IMG/VR virus record: IMGVR_UViG_3300042350_003419
Location: 17,975-81,974 of that record
Source of the DNA: a virus
Taxonomy: Duplodnaviria; Caudoviricetes
Strand: one strand, 5' to 3'
DNA: 64,000 nucleotides
Numbering within the stretch: the first letter of the stretch is position 1; the number at the start of each line of letters is the position of its first letter. The notes beneath the pieces were generated by a model. It searched no databases. It worked only from the letters and a program-made list of their open reading frames with translations, and had not been told where the DNA came from. Shown here piece after piece: positions 47,537-59,057 of this stretch. Position numbers and translations under genes: made by a program.

Positions 47537-49396
47537 ATGCCAACTCCTATTAGAATTAAAAGATCTGCTGTACCTGGTAAAAAACCTACAGCATCTCAAT
47601 TACTATCTGCAGAACTTTCATATAACACATATGATGCGGAGTTGTATGCCAAGAGGGAAAGGAGCGGAATTGGAACCGATATCATTCGCATCGGTGCAGG
47701 AGCAACAGTTACAAATATTCTTTATGTCACAAAAGATGGAAGTGATACAAACACAGGAAGAAAACTTGGAGACGCAAAAGCAACAATCGGAGCAGCACTT
47801 ACAGAATCAACAACAGGAACAGTTATTAAAGTTAGTGCTGGAACTTATCTAGAAAATAATCCATTAATTATTCCAGAACAAGTTTCAATTGTTGGTGATA
47901 GTTTAAGAGAAGTATCAGTATCACCATTAAATCCTGATGAAGATTTGTTCTATGTGAGCACTGGCAATTATATTGCCGAAATGTCTTATACCGGAACTTT
48001 GAATTCTGGTAAGGCAATTTTTGCATTTAATCCAAACATTCCAGTTTACAATGATCAATCACCTTATGTGCAGAACTGTACTAACTTTATTCCAAATAGT
48101 ATTGGAATGAAGATTGATGGTTCCAAATCAATTGGACAAACAAAATCTATGGTGGTTGATTCTTATACTCAATACAATCAAGGTGGCATTGGAGTTTCAA
48201 TCACAAATGAAGGTTATGCTCAGTTAGTTTCTTTGTTTACTATTTGTGATGAAATTGCAGTTTTTTGTGGTAGTGGTGCTGCTTGTGACCTTACAAACTC
48301 CAACTCATCTTTCGGTAATTTTGGTTTGATTGCTGATGGAGTTGGACCTAAGAAATACACGGGAATTGTTACAAGTTCTGCCGCAGCAAGTTCTTTTGAG
48401 TTTGTTCTTGACTTAAATACTCCAACACTGAATGTTACAAATGCACTTTATGATAATACAACAGGACTTACAACAATCACGGTAAATTCTAATCATAATT
48501 TTAATGTGGGAATGGGTGTTTCAATTGTTGGACTTGGGTTTACCTGCCCTTCTGGTCCAGGAATTGTAACTTACCCATCAGGTAATAGTGGTTATGTTTT
48601 TGAAATTCAAAGTATTCCATCATCAACTTCTTTTTCTGTTTATGTTGGTGTTTCTACACTCTCACACACATATCAATCAGGTGGTACTGTAAAAATTAAT
48701 GTAGTAAGACCCTTTGATGGGCAAGTGATTTATCTGGATGAGTTATATTTTACCGTAGGTGGAGTATCAGTAGGTTCTGGTGGTACTGGATACACACAGA
48801 ATGTTGATATTACTTTTAGTTCTCCTGATGAACCTTGGGGTATTCCTGCAACTGCTGTGGGTGAAGTTAAAAATGGTTCAGTGACTAATGTTGAAATGGT
48901 TTCAAATGGAAGGGGTTATTCTACAGCACCAACAGTAACTTTTTCTTCTCCTAGTAGTGGTATTAATACTGCAACAGGAACTGCAAATTTAGTTCCAACT
49001 TATTATTCAATTTTAAGTTCCACTCCAATTTCTGCCGGTATTTGTACCATTACCTTAAGTGATAATGTTCCTTATGCGGTGGGAGTTGGTAGTACTGTTC
49101 CTTTCTTTAAACAAAGTCGTGTTCTTGCATCGGGACATTCACTTGAATACATTGGTTCTGGAACGAATATTGCAACTGCTCTTCCTGCTTCTGGTGGAGT
49201 TCCTATTCAAGAAAATGAAACTGATGCTCGTAATGGGGGATTGGTTGTTTTTACTTCAACTGACCAATCGGGAAACTTTCGTATTGGTGATGGTGTTGTG
49301 ATTAATCAACAAACAGGAACAATTAGTGGAACATTTTATTCCAAGAGTTTGTTCTCGACAATGACACCATTTATACTCGCACTAGGAGGAGATTAA
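47537..49396 (+). CDS. virion structural / tail-associated protein
   Basis: IRIKRSAVPGKKP N-terminus, beta-helix-like middle, GGTGY/GRGYSTAPTV repeats. Confidence 0.75.
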   Translation: MPTPIRIKRSAVPGKKPTASQLLSAELSYNTYDAELYAKRERSGIGTDIIRIGAGATVTNILYVTKDGSDTNTGRKLGDAKATIGAALTESTTGTVIKVSAGTYLENNPLIIPEQVSIVGDSLREVSVSPLNPDEDLFYVSTGNYIAEMSYTGTLNSGKAIFAFNPNIPVYNDQSPYVQNCTNFIPNSIGMKIDGSKSIGQTKSMVVDSYTQYNQGGIGVSITNEGYAQLVSLFTICDEIAVFCGSGAACDLTNSNSSFGNFGLIADGVGPKKYTGIVTSSAAASSFEFVLDLNTPTLNVTNALYDNTTGLTTITVNSNHNFNVGMGVSIVGLGFTCPSGPGIVTYPSGNSGYVFEIQSIPSSTSFSVYVGVSTLSHTYQSGGTVKINVVRPFDGQVIYLDELYFTVGGVSVGSGGTGYTQNVDITFSSPDEPWGIPATAVGEVKNGSVTNVEMVSNGRGYSTAPTVTFSSPSSGINTATGTANLVPTYYSILSSTPISAGICTITLSDNVPYAVGVGSTVPFFKQSRVLASGHSLEYIGSGTNIATALPASGGVPIQENETDARNGGLVVFTSTDQSGNFRIGDGVVINQQTGTISGTFYSKSLFSTMTPFILALGGD

Positions 49397-49400
49397 TTCA

Positions 49401-49730
49401 ATGGCATTAGCACTTAATGTATTCCAGACAGTTACTGCAGTTGTACCAACAAGTCCAACAGTCGTTTATACGGCACCGGTAGGTTATACTGGTGTAGTTC
49501 TTTTAGCACAAGTTGCAAATATTGGGGCAACAAGTGAAGATGTAACTTTTGTACACCGCAGAAGTTCAACTGATACTGAACTATTAAAAGAATATCCAAT
49601 TTCTGCAAATGATACTTCTAGTCTTCTTGCTGGAAAATTGGTATTAGAAAGTGGAGATAGGTTAGTTCTATCTGGTAGTAATGGAAGTAACTTGAAGTTT
49701 GTCGCAAGTCTTTTAGAAACACTCAACTAA
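49401..49730 (+). CDS. small structural protein
   Basis: VVYTAP...LVLESGD motif; GGAGG SD. Confidence 0.7.
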   Translation: MALALNVFQTVTAVVPTSPTVVYTAPVGYTGVVLLAQVANIGATSEDVTFVHRRSSTDTELLKEYPISANDTSSLLAGKLVLESGDRLVLSGSNGSNLKFVASLLETLN

Positions 49731-49739
49731 TACAAGAAA

Positions 49740-52700
49740 ATGGCAAAGTATATCAGTAACCGTCAACAAAATCTAAAAATTGGTATTGTTTCTTATACTG
49801 AAAATCAAACAGTACTTGAGGTTACTGGTAAAGTTGGTATTGGAACCACAAATGCTTCGGCACCTTTAGAAGTCGTAGGAGGTGCGGTATTTGCGGGAAA
49901 CAGTCCAACTGAGATAGTAAGAATCACCCAAACTGGTACTGGACCTGCTTTTATCGTAGAGGATAGTGAAAATCCAGATGTCACACCATTCGTAGTTACA
50001 ACTGAGGGTCAAGTTGCGATTGGTGTTGGTGCCGGTGGAATAAGCACTGGTTATAAATTAGAAGTTGATGGTGGAGATATAAGATTTGTAACTGGTGGTG
50101 AAGGTGATTTAATCTTTAGTCATTCAAATTTAGTTTCTAATATTCGTGCTGCTGGATCTGTTCAACTCGGTCTCGGTGCGAATGGTGGAGATGCAATAAG
50201 AATTAATCTGAATAATAATGTTGGACTTGGTACTACAAATCCAACTTCGGCACTCTATGTTGTTGGTGATAGTTATATCACAGGAATTCTAACTGCAAAT
50301 AGAATTGTTAGTAGCGTTTATGGTGAATTTACCGGAGGTGGAATATCAGGTACTAATATTGTAGGAACTGCATTAAGTATTTCTGGTATAAGCACTCTTG
50401 GAGTTACTAGCACTACTAATCTAACAGCACAACAACTAAGTGTTTCTGGTGTTTCTACAATTGGAAACTTTAGAATAACACCAGTTGGAAGTGGTGCCAC
50501 TGTTGGCGGAATTGGAATTACCTACTATGGTGATGGTTCTAATTTAACAGGAACAATTTTAAATACAATTCAAAATATTGATAATAATCAAATATATTAT
50601 CCAGTATTATCTCCAATAATATCTGGAACAATTTCAAGTATTTCTGTATCTAGTGATTCTATAGTATTTAATCCAGGTACAAATTCCTTGGGTATAGGAT
50701 CCACTCGACCAACTACCAGACTTGATGTTATTGGTGATGCAAAAGTTTCTGGTATTTTGACAGCAGCAAATATTTTACCACCTACTGATAATACTGGTGT
50801 TGTTGGAAACACTGCCTTTACTTGGAGTAATGGGCAATTTACCAATTTAACGATAGATAGTACGTTAAATGTTCGTGCTGCTATTGATTTAGCAGATAGT
50901 GATATCTTGCAATTTGGTACAAGTGATGATGTTAAAGTATTTTATGATGGAACTGCAAATGATTTAGAAATTGAACTTGAGTCTGCTGCAAATCAAATTG
51001 CTATTACTGATAATGGAACATATACGGTAGTCATTAAAAAGGATGGTTCTGTTGGTATAGGAACCACAAATCCAACATCTAAACTTTATGTTGTTGGTGA
51101 TGGGAGATTTACTGGTGTAGTAACAGCAACCACATTCATTGGAAATCTAACCGGTATAGCAACTTATGCTACTAATGCTGGAATCTCTACATTCTCTGGA
51201 TACGCTTCTAATGCTGGTATAGCAACTTATGCCTCTAATGCTGGTATAGCAACCTTTGCAACTACAGCGGGCATAGCAACTTATGCAACCAATGCCGGTA
51301 TAGCAACTTATGCAACTCAATTAGTAACCCCAAGGACTTTTGAGATTACTGGAGATATAGTTGCTTCTCCAATTAGTTTTGATGGCACTGGAAATGTATC
51401 CTTAGCAGCAACCATTCAACCAAACTCAGTTTCTCTTGGATCTGATACAACTGGTGACTATGTAGCAAACATCACTGGAACCGCAAACCAGATTAGTGTA
51501 AGTGCAACTTCTGGCGAAAGTTCAACACCAACTTTAAGTATTCCTAATCAATTGACTGCTCCACAAGATGTAACAGTCACAAGAGATTTACAAGTCAATC
51601 GTAACTTAAATGTCACTGGCAATATAACAATTGGTGGAACTTCTGCCACAATCTTTTCGCAGTCATTAAACATATTTGACCCTGATATCATTCTTGGTTT
51701 TAGAACTGATGGAAGTGGTAATGATGTTTCTAATGATAATACTGCAAATCATGGTGGCGTTGCTGTTGCATCTACTGAAGGAACACCATTAGTTCAATTA
51801 CTCATTGCAGGTATTGAAACAAATCCCGCCACATATAAAAAGATTATGTGGTTCAAGGCAGGCACATTTGCCGGACTTGGTACTGATGCTTGGTTAAGTA
51901 ATTATGCGGTTGGTATTGGAAGTACTCAATTCCCAACAGGAACTCGTCTTGCTGCGGGTTCGGTTCAATTTACTGAAAATGATCTAGCGGTTGTAAGAAA
52001 CATCAATGCTTCTGGTATTATAACTTCAACTGGTGGATTTATAGGAAATCTTACAGGCACTGCGACCACGGCAACCAATCTTTCTGATGCTGCCAATATC
52101 ACAACTGGCACAATCAATTCTGCTAGACTCACTGGAATTTATAATATTAATATTAGTGGTAATGCTGCAACTGCAACTTATGCCTCTAATGCAGGTATAG
52201 CAACTTATGCCTCTAATGCAGGTATAGCAACTTATGCAACCAATGCCGGTATAGCAACTGCAACTTATGCCTCTAATGCAGGTATAGCAACTTATGCCTC
52301 TAATGCAGGTATAGCAACTTATGCAACCAATGCCGGTATAGCAACTTATGCAACCAATGCTGGAATCTCTACATTCTCTGGATACGCTTCTAATGCCGGT
52401 ATAGCAACTTATGCAGACAATGCTGGTATAGCAACTTATGCCTCTAATGCCGGTATAGCAACTTATGCCTCTAATGCAGGTATAGCAACTTATGCAACCA
52501 ATGCCGGTATAGCAACTTATGCCTCTAATGCCGGTATAGCAACTTATGCAACCAATGCTGGAATCTCTACATTCTCTGGATACTCTAATGTAGCAGGTAT
52601 AGCAACTTATGCCTCTAATGCAGGTATAGCAACTTATGCAACCAATGCTGGTATAGCAACTTATGCCTCTAATGCAGGTATAGCAACTTATGCAACCAAT

Positions 52701-54437
52701 GCCGGTATAGCAACTTATGCCTCTAATGCCGGTATAGCAACTTATGCAGACAATGCTGGTATAGCAACTTATGCCTCTAATGCCGGTATAGCAACTTATG
52801 CCTCTAATGCTGGTATAGCAACTTATGCCTCTAATGCAGGAATTTCTACATCAGTCATAGGTGGCATAGGTTCTATTGCACAACTTCAAGTAACTGGAAT
52901 TTCTACCTTCACTAATGGACCAGTATTAATTGGTGCAGCAACTTCTACTGGAACAGCATCACAAAGACTTCAAGTTACTGGTGGTGCTTATGTAAGTAGT
53001 AATTTAGGTATAGGAACCACAAATCCACGAGGATCTTTGCAAGTTGGAACTGCAATCACAATGTATGGTTCCACAGGAATCATAAGTGCTACAAGATATT
53101 ATGGTGATGGTACTAACTTAACCGGTATTCTTAATAATACAATCTCACCATCTAGTGCATCAACATCCCAATTTATTGGATTCTCATCAGTTTCTTCTGG
53201 TGTCAATACTTCTATTGGAGTAAGTTCTACTTTTGTCTTTATTCCTTCTAGTGGTAATCTTGGTATAGGAACCACAAATCCACAAGGATCTTTGCAAGTT
53301 GGAACTGCAATCACAATGTATGGTTCCACAGGAATCATAAGTGCTAGAAGATATTATGGTGATGGTACTAACTTAACCGGTATTCTTAATAATACAATCT
53401 CACCATCTAGTGCATCAACATCCCAATTTATTGGATTCTCATCAGTTTCTTCTGGTGTCAATACTTCTATTGGAGTAAGTTCTACTTTTGTCTTTATTCC
53501 TTCTAGTGGTAATCTTGGTATAGGAACCACAAATCCAACATCTAAACTTTGGGTTAATGGTGATGGATATTTTGTTGGAGTATTAACTGCAAATAGAATT
53601 TATAGTACTGTTTATGGTGAGTTTACTGGCGGTTCTATAAGTGGTACTAATATAGTAGGTACTGCATTAAGTATTACCGGTATTTCTACATTTACCAATG
53701 GACCAGTACTAATAGGAGCAGCAACATCAACAGGAACCGCAGGTCAAGTTCTTCAGGTAACTGGTAGTGCTTATGTTTCTGATTCTGTTGGTATTGGAAC
53801 CACAAATCCATCACAATCTTTACATGTTCAAGGTAATGTAAGAATTACTGGTGGACTTTATGACTCTAACAATAATGTAGGAACTGCCGGTTCTGTTCTT
53901 TCGTCTACTGGTTCCGGTATTTCTTGGATTGCCGCTGCTTCTGGTGGTGGTATTGCCATTTCCACAAACACTACAAATCAAAATCAATTCTTAACTTATG
54001 CAACCGGAACTGGATCTACAACTGGTCTTGGTGTAACTACTACAGGTCTTGTATTCAATCCTTCAAGTGGAAATCTTGGTATAGGAACCACAAATCCAAC
54101 CTCAAAACTTTATGTTGTTGGTAATGCTTATATTACTGGAGTTACAACCTCTACTGACTTTGATTCACTTTCTGATATAAATCTCAAAACAAACATCAAT
54201 CAAATTGCAAACCCACTTGAAAAGGTAATGCAGATTCGTGGAGTTACATTTAATTGGAAGGATGGCAATCGTAATTCTGCTGGTGTCATCGCACAAGAGA
54301 TTGAAAAAATTCTGCCAGAACTGGTTCACGGCGGAGAAACCAAGACAGTAAACTATAATGGATTGATTGGTCTGTTGATTGAATGTGTGAAGAAACAGCA
54401 AGAAGAGATTGATGAACTAAAGAGGAAAGTCAACTAA
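49740..54437 (+). CDS. long tail fibre with C-terminal intramolecular chaperone (peptidase S74)
   Basis: GIGTTNP repeats, 9-aa repeats, SDINLKTNI...GVIAQE...VNYNGL, terminal coiled coil. Confidence 0.88.
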   Translation: MAKYISNRQQNLKIGIVSYTENQTVLEVTGKVGIGTTNASAPLEVVGGAVFAGNSPTEIVRITQTGTGPAFIVEDSENPDVTPFVVTTEGQVAIGVGAGGISTGYKLEVDGGDIRFVTGGEGDLIFSHSNLVSNIRAAGSVQLGLGANGGDAIRINLNNNVGLGTTNPTSALYVVGDSYITGILTANRIVSSVYGEFTGGGISGTNIVGTALSISGISTLGVTSTTNLTAQQLSVSGVSTIGNFRITPVGSGATVGGIGITYYGDGSNLTGTILNTIQNIDNNQIYYPVLSPIISGTISSISVSSDSIVFNPGTNSLGIGSTRPTTRLDVIGDAKVSGILTAANILPPTDNTGVVGNTAFTWSNGQFTNLTIDSTLNVRAAIDLADSDILQFGTSDDVKVFYDGTANDLEIELESAANQIAITDNGTYTVVIKKDGSVGIGTTNPTSKLYVVGDGRFTGVVTATTFIGNLTGIATYATNAGISTFSGYASNAGIATYASNAGIATFATTAGIATYATNAGIATYATQLVTPRTFEITGDIVASPISFDGTGNVSLAATIQPNSVSLGSDTTGDYVANITGTANQISVSATSGESSTPTLSIPNQLTAPQDVTVTRDLQVNRNLNVTGNITIGGTSATIFSQSLNIFDPDIILGFRTDGSGNDVSNDNTANHGGVAVASTEGTPLVQLLIAGIETNPATYKKIMWFKAGTFAGLGTDAWLSNYAVGIGSTQFPTGTRLAAGSVQFTENDLAVVRNINASGIITSTGGFIGNLTGTATTATNLSDAANITTGTINSARLTGIYNINISGNAATATYASNAGIATYASNAGIATYATNAGIATATYASNAGIATYASNAGIATYATNAGIATYATNAGISTFSGYASNAGIATYADNAGIATYASNAGIATYASNAGIATYATNAGIATYASNAGIATYATNAGISTFSGYSNVAGIATYASNAGIATYATNAGIATYASNAGIATYATNAGIATYASNAGIATYADNAGIATYASNAGIATYASNAGIATYASNAGISTSVIGGIGSIAQLQVTGISTFTNGPVLIGAATSTGTASQRLQVTGGAYVSSNLGIGTTNPRGSLQVGTAITMYGSTGIISATRYYGDGTNLTGILNNTISPSSASTSQFIGFSSVSSGVNTSIGVSSTFVFIPSSGNLGIGTTNPQGSLQVGTAITMYGSTGIISARRYYGDGTNLTGILNNTISPSSASTSQFIGFSSVSSGVNTSIGVSSTFVFIPSSGNLGIGTTNPTSKLWVNGDGYFVGVLTANRIYSTVYGEFTGGSISGTNIVGTALSITGISTFTNGPVLIGAATSTGTAGQVLQVTGSAYVSDSVGIGTTNPSQSLHVQGNVRITGGLYDSNNNVGTAGSVLSSTGSGISWIAAASGGGIAISTNTTNQNQFLTYATGTGSTTGLGVTTTGLVFNPSSGNLGIGTTNPTSKLYVVGNAYITGVTTSTDFDSLSDINLKTNINQIANPLEKVMQIRGVTFNWKDGNRNSAGVIAQEIEKILPELVHGGETKTVNYNGLIGLLIECVKKQQEEIDELKRKVN
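52174..52845 (+). repeat. 27-bp tandem repeat (ATYASNAGI)
   Basis: GCAACTTATGCCTCTAATGC.GGTATA units, more than 20 copies. Confidence 0.9.
53007..53538 (+). repeat. 255-bp near-exact tandem duplication
   Basis: GGTATAGGAACCACAAATCCA recurs at 53007, 53262 and 53517. Confidence 0.9.
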
Positions 54438-54475
54438 ATAATACAAAATACCCAGTGGAAACACGAAGACGGTAA

Positions 54476-57400
54476 ATGGCAATAAAAATCATAGGTTCTA
54501 CTATTATTGATGATAGTAGAAATATAGTTAATGCTGGCATTGCAACTGTAACTTCCGTAAGCATCGGTAATACGCAAGTTGTCAGTTCCGCAAGACAACT
54601 GCAAAATATTGCCTCTCTGGATGCGACAACGACTGCGACAATTGAAACTGCCATTCAACAAGCACCTAATGATTTTACCAGTTTAAATATTTCTGGAATA
54701 TCAACACTTCAATCCACAACTTTGATTGGTGGTGGAACTTCAACAGGAACTGCTGGTCAAGTTCTTCAGGTTACTGGAATTAATAGTAGTGTTTATATTG
54801 GTGGTAATCTTGGTATTGGAACCACAAATCCAACATCTAAACTTCAAGTTGTTGGTGATATAACGGCAGCAAATATTTTACCACCTACTGACAACACTGG
54901 TGTTGTTGGAAATACTGCTTTTACTTGGAGTAATGGACAATTTACTGATTTAACTATTAGTGATACATTAACAGTTCGTAATGCCATAGACTTGGCAGAT
55001 TCTGATATTTTAAGATTTGGAACAAGTGACGACGTTCAAGTATTTTATGATGGAACTGTAAATGATTTAGAGATTGAACTTGAGGCTGCTGCAAATCAAA
55101 TTGCTATTACTGATAATGGAACATATAAGGTAGTCATTAAAAAGGATGGTTCTGTTGGTATTGGTTCTACAATCCCAACATCTAAACTTGATGTTGTTGG
55201 TGATGGTAGATTTTCAGGTGTTGTTACTGCCACTACATTTATAGGAGCATTAACAGGTACTGCTACCACAGCAACAAAACTTGCAACGGAAAGAACTTTT
55301 GAGATCACTGGTGATGTTGTTGCATCAGCAATTAGTTTTGATGGTACTGGTAATGTATCATTAGCAGCAACTATTCAACCAAATTCAGTTGCTCTTGGTA
55401 CAGATACAACTGGTGATTATGTTCAATCAATCACTGGCACATCAAACCAAATCACAGTTACTTCTGGTACTGGTGAAGGTTCAACACCAACATTAAGTCT
55501 TCCAAATAATTTAGTTCTTCCACAAGATGCAACGGTTACAAGAGATCTTCAAGTCAATCGTAACTTAAATGTCACTGGCAATATAACAATTGGTGGAACA
55601 ACCGCATTTATTAATGTTCCCACCTTAACTGTTTTTGACCCTGATATTGTTCTTGGATTTAGAACTGATGCATTTGGTAATGATGTTTCTAATGATAATA
55701 CTGCAAATCACGGTGGCGTTGCTGTTGCATCTACTGAAGGAACACCGTTAGTTAATCTTTTTATTGCTGGCATTGAAACAAATCCCGCCACATATAAAAA
55801 GATTATGTGGTTCAAGTCTGGTACTTTTGCTGGTCTTGGTACTGATGCTTGGTTAATTAACTATGCTGTTGGTATTGGTTCAACACAGTTCCCTAATGGA
55901 ACAAGACTTGCTGCTGGATCAGTTCAATTTACTGAAAATGATTTAGCAGTTGTTAGAAACATTAATGCGAGTGGTGTTGGTACAATTCCAACTCTGTCAG
56001 GAACTACAGCAACTTACACGACTGGTAACTTTACGACTGGTAATATTGTAACTGGTATTGTTACGACTTTAACAAGTACTAATGCAACTTTAACAAATAT
56101 TAATTCTTCTGGTATTTCAACACTTGGAATCACCACATTCACTGAAACCGTAAGTTTTGGAACTTCTGCTTACTTTGGTGATAATGATACTTTGTATTTT
56201 GGTGATGGTAATGATTTAAGGATTTATCACAATGGAAGCAATTCCTTTATTCAAGATTTAGGAACTGGTGGATTATATCTTGCAGGTTCAAATGTAATAT
56301 CACTTCAATCTGCTTCTGGAGAAAGTAAATTAGTTGCAAGAACAGATGGTGCAGTAGAACTCTACTTTGACAATGTAAAAGAATTTGAAACCACTGGATA
56401 CGGTGCAACGGTCTTTGGTATTCTTCAAACACAAGGACTTCAAATTAATTCTGGTGTCTCAACATTAGGTATTACAACTGCTACTAATTTAACAACCCAA
56501 AATATTGATAACTCTGGTATTACAACTACCAACTCTCTGAGCATTGGTGCTACTCAAGTTATTAGTTCCGCAAGACAACTTCAAAATATTGCCTCACTTG
56601 ATGCTACAACAACGGCAACAATTCAATCTGCAATCGCTAATGCGACTAATACATTTACTGATTTAAATGTTACTGGTATTTCAACTCTTGGAGTTACCAG
56701 TGCTACTAATCTAACAGCACAACAACTGAATGTTTCTGGTCTTTCTACTTTTAGTAATACTTTAAGAGTTATTCCAACCTCAACTGGTATTGCTGGAATA
56801 TTCTCTGGAACCACATCAGGTGATATGGTTCGCATTACTCAACTTGGAACTGGTAATGCTCTGGTTGTTGAAGATTCTACTAATCCTGATGCATCACCTT
56901 TTGTAATTAAAGGTGATGGGTATGGTTGGGTTGGAATCGGAACAACCAATCCAAGAGAAGAACTGCATTTACAATCAGTCGATCCTATCATTAGATTTAC
57001 TGAAGATGGTGCAACATCTGATAATGGAAATTGGAATGTTGGTGTTAATAATGAAACACTTTATTTTCAAGCAATAAACGACTCTGGTGGTGGTGGTGAA
57101 AACACATTCAGATTCACGAGAAGTTCCAACCAAATTGTGTCATTTGAAGGTCGAAATAGCGGAGTTTCTTGGTTTGTTATTAATAATAGTACTCAAAGAG
57201 TTGGTATAGGAACCACAAATCCATCATCACCACTTACTGTTATTGGTGATGCAAGAGTTTCTGGTGTCGTCACAGCAACAACATTTATAGGTGCTCTTAC
57301 TGGAACTGCAACTACTGCAACTAATGTAATTGGTGGCATAGGTTCTATAACACAACTTCAAGTTACTGGAATCTCCACCTTTACCAATGGACCTGTATTC

Positions 57401-59056
57401 ATTGGTGCAGCAACTTCTACGGGAACAGCATCACAAAGACTTCAAGTTACTGGTGGTGCTTATGTAAGTAGTAATTTAGGTATTGGAACCACAAATCCAA
57501 CATCAAAACTGACTGTTTCTGGCAGTGCTTCAATTACTGGTATACTTACCGCAGATCAAGTATATACATCAAATAATGGTGGAGGTCAAAATGTAAGAAT
57601 AGGTGATGATTTTTGGTTGGGTGATGTTAATGTAGCAGATACTACACGTTTTTCTGGTGCTCAAGATAGCACCAGAGCGTTTGTTATTTTTGGTAGTTCA
57701 GATGCAGTTGCTTTAGGTAGAACTGGAACTGGTCCCTTATATTATGGAGGAAATTTTAATGTTGCAGGTGTAATTACGGCGTCAAGTTTCTCTGGTAATG
57801 CTTCAAGTGCTACTTATGCAACTACAGCGGGCATAGCAACTTATGCCTCTAATGCTGGTATAGCAACTTATGCCTCTAATGCTGGTATAGCGACCTTTGC
57901 AACTACAGCGGGTATAGCGACCTTTGCAACTACAGCGGGTATAGCGACCTTTGCAACTACAGCGGGTATAGCGACCTTTGCAACTACAGCGGGTATAGCG
58001 ACCTTTGCAACTACATCGGGTATAGCGACCTTTGCAACTACAGCGGGTATAGCGACCTTTGCAACCAATGCAGGTATAGCAACTTATGCCTCTAATGCAG
58101 GTATAGCAACTTATGCCTCTAATGCCGGTATAGCAACTTATGCAGACAATGCTGGTATAGCAACTTATGCCTCTAATGCAGGTATAGCAACTTATGCAGA
58201 CAATGCTGGTATAGCAACTTATGCCTCTAATGCAGGTATAGCAACTTATGCCTCTAATGCAGGTATAGCAACTTATGCCTCTAATGCAGGTATAGCAACT
58301 TATGCCTCTAATGCAGGTATAGCAACTTATGCCTCTAATGCAGGTATAGCAACTTATGCCTCTAATGCCGGTATAGCAACTTATGCCTCTAATGCAGGTA
58401 TAGCAACTTATGCCTCTAATGCAGGTATAGCAACTACTGCTAATAATGTAAGTTCTAGTATTAATATCAATACTTCAGGTATTATAACTGCAACCTCATT
58501 CTCTGGTTCTGGAACTAATCTAACAGGTATTGTAACATCTATTGTTGCTGGAACAAATATAACTGTTTCTGGTTCTACTGGACAAGTTACAATCAACTCA
58601 ACTGGTGGTGGAGGAGGAGGAAGTATTGCTATTCTTGATAATACTTCAACCAACGATACTTTCTATGTTGGTATCGCATCAACTACGACTGGAGATCTTG
58701 CAACTCTGAATGTATCCTCCACAAAACTTACTTTCAATCCATCAACAGGAAATCTGGTTGCCGGTGGTACAGTAACGGCAAACTCTGATGAAAAACTCAA
58801 AGAAAACATCAAGACAATTGAAAATGCTCTTGAAAAGGTCTTGTCTTTACGAGGAGTTGAATATGACCGTATAGATACTGGAGATCATCAGATTGGTGTA
58901 ATCGCACAAGAAGTTGAGAGGATTATTCCTGATGTTGTTTATGGTGATGAAACTAAATCAGTTGCTTACGGAAACATTGTTGGATTGTTAATTGAGGCAA
59001 TCAAAGATCAAAATAAACGAATAGAAGAACTAGAAAGAAGATTGGAGGGAAACTGA
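54476..59056 (+). CDS. second tail fibre with S74 chaperone domain
   Basis: Paralogous to the 49740 ORF; SDEKLKENI...GVIAQEVE...VAYGN. Confidence 0.88.
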   Translation: MAIKIIGSTIIDDSRNIVNAGIATVTSVSIGNTQVVSSARQLQNIASLDATTTATIETAIQQAPNDFTSLNISGISTLQSTTLIGGGTSTGTAGQVLQVTGINSSVYIGGNLGIGTTNPTSKLQVVGDITAANILPPTDNTGVVGNTAFTWSNGQFTDLTISDTLTVRNAIDLADSDILRFGTSDDVQVFYDGTVNDLEIELEAAANQIAITDNGTYKVVIKKDGSVGIGSTIPTSKLDVVGDGRFSGVVTATTFIGALTGTATTATKLATERTFEITGDVVASAISFDGTGNVSLAATIQPNSVALGTDTTGDYVQSITGTSNQITVTSGTGEGSTPTLSLPNNLVLPQDATVTRDLQVNRNLNVTGNITIGGTTAFINVPTLTVFDPDIVLGFRTDAFGNDVSNDNTANHGGVAVASTEGTPLVNLFIAGIETNPATYKKIMWFKSGTFAGLGTDAWLINYAVGIGSTQFPNGTRLAAGSVQFTENDLAVVRNINASGVGTIPTLSGTTATYTTGNFTTGNIVTGIVTTLTSTNATLTNINSSGISTLGITTFTETVSFGTSAYFGDNDTLYFGDGNDLRIYHNGSNSFIQDLGTGGLYLAGSNVISLQSASGESKLVARTDGAVELYFDNVKEFETTGYGATVFGILQTQGLQINSGVSTLGITTATNLTTQNIDNSGITTTNSLSIGATQVISSARQLQNIASLDATTTATIQSAIANATNTFTDLNVTGISTLGVTSATNLTAQQLNVSGLSTFSNTLRVIPTSTGIAGIFSGTTSGDMVRITQLGTGNALVVEDSTNPDASPFVIKGDGYGWVGIGTTNPREELHLQSVDPIIRFTEDGATSDNGNWNVGVNNETLYFQAINDSGGGGENTFRFTRSSNQIVSFEGRNSGVSWFVINNSTQRVGIGTTNPSSPLTVIGDARVSGVVTATTFIGALTGTATTATNVIGGIGSITQLQVTGISTFTNGPVFIGAATSTGTASQRLQVTGGAYVSSNLGIGTTNPTSKLTVSGSASITGILTADQVYTSNNGGGQNVRIGDDFWLGDVNVADTTRFSGAQDSTRAFVIFGSSDAVALGRTGTGPLYYGGNFNVAGVITASSFSGNASSATYATTAGIATYASNAGIATYASNAGIATFATTAGIATFATTAGIATFATTAGIATFATTAGIATFATTSGIATFATTAGIATFATNAGIATYASNAGIATYASNAGIATYADNAGIATYASNAGIATYADNAGIATYASNAGIATYASNAGIATYASNAGIATYASNAGIATYASNAGIATYASNAGIATYASNAGIATYASNAGIATTANNVSSSININTSGIITATSFSGSGTNLTGIVTSIVAGTNITVSGSTGQVTINSTGGGGGGSIAILDNTSTNDTFYVGIASTTTGDLATLNVSSTKLTFNPSTGNLVAGGTVTANSDEKLKENIKTIENALEKVLSLRGVEYDRIDTGDHQIGVIAQEVERIIPDVVYGDETKSVAYGNIVGLLIEAIKDQNKRIEELERRLEGN
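57809..58435 (+). repeat. 27-bp tandem repeat (ATFATTAGI / ATYASNAGI)
   Basis: More than 20 units in two sub-arrays. Confidence 0.9.
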
Positions 59057-59057
59057 T

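Noticed and set aside
54446-54475. Small hairpin (GTG-GAAA-CAC) before the second tail-fibre start
   Set aside because: Too short to support a regulatory call from one copy
52174-58435. Regular 27-bp repeats as a CRISPR array
   Set aside because: No unique spacers, in-frame coding repeats within tail fibres, no cas genes
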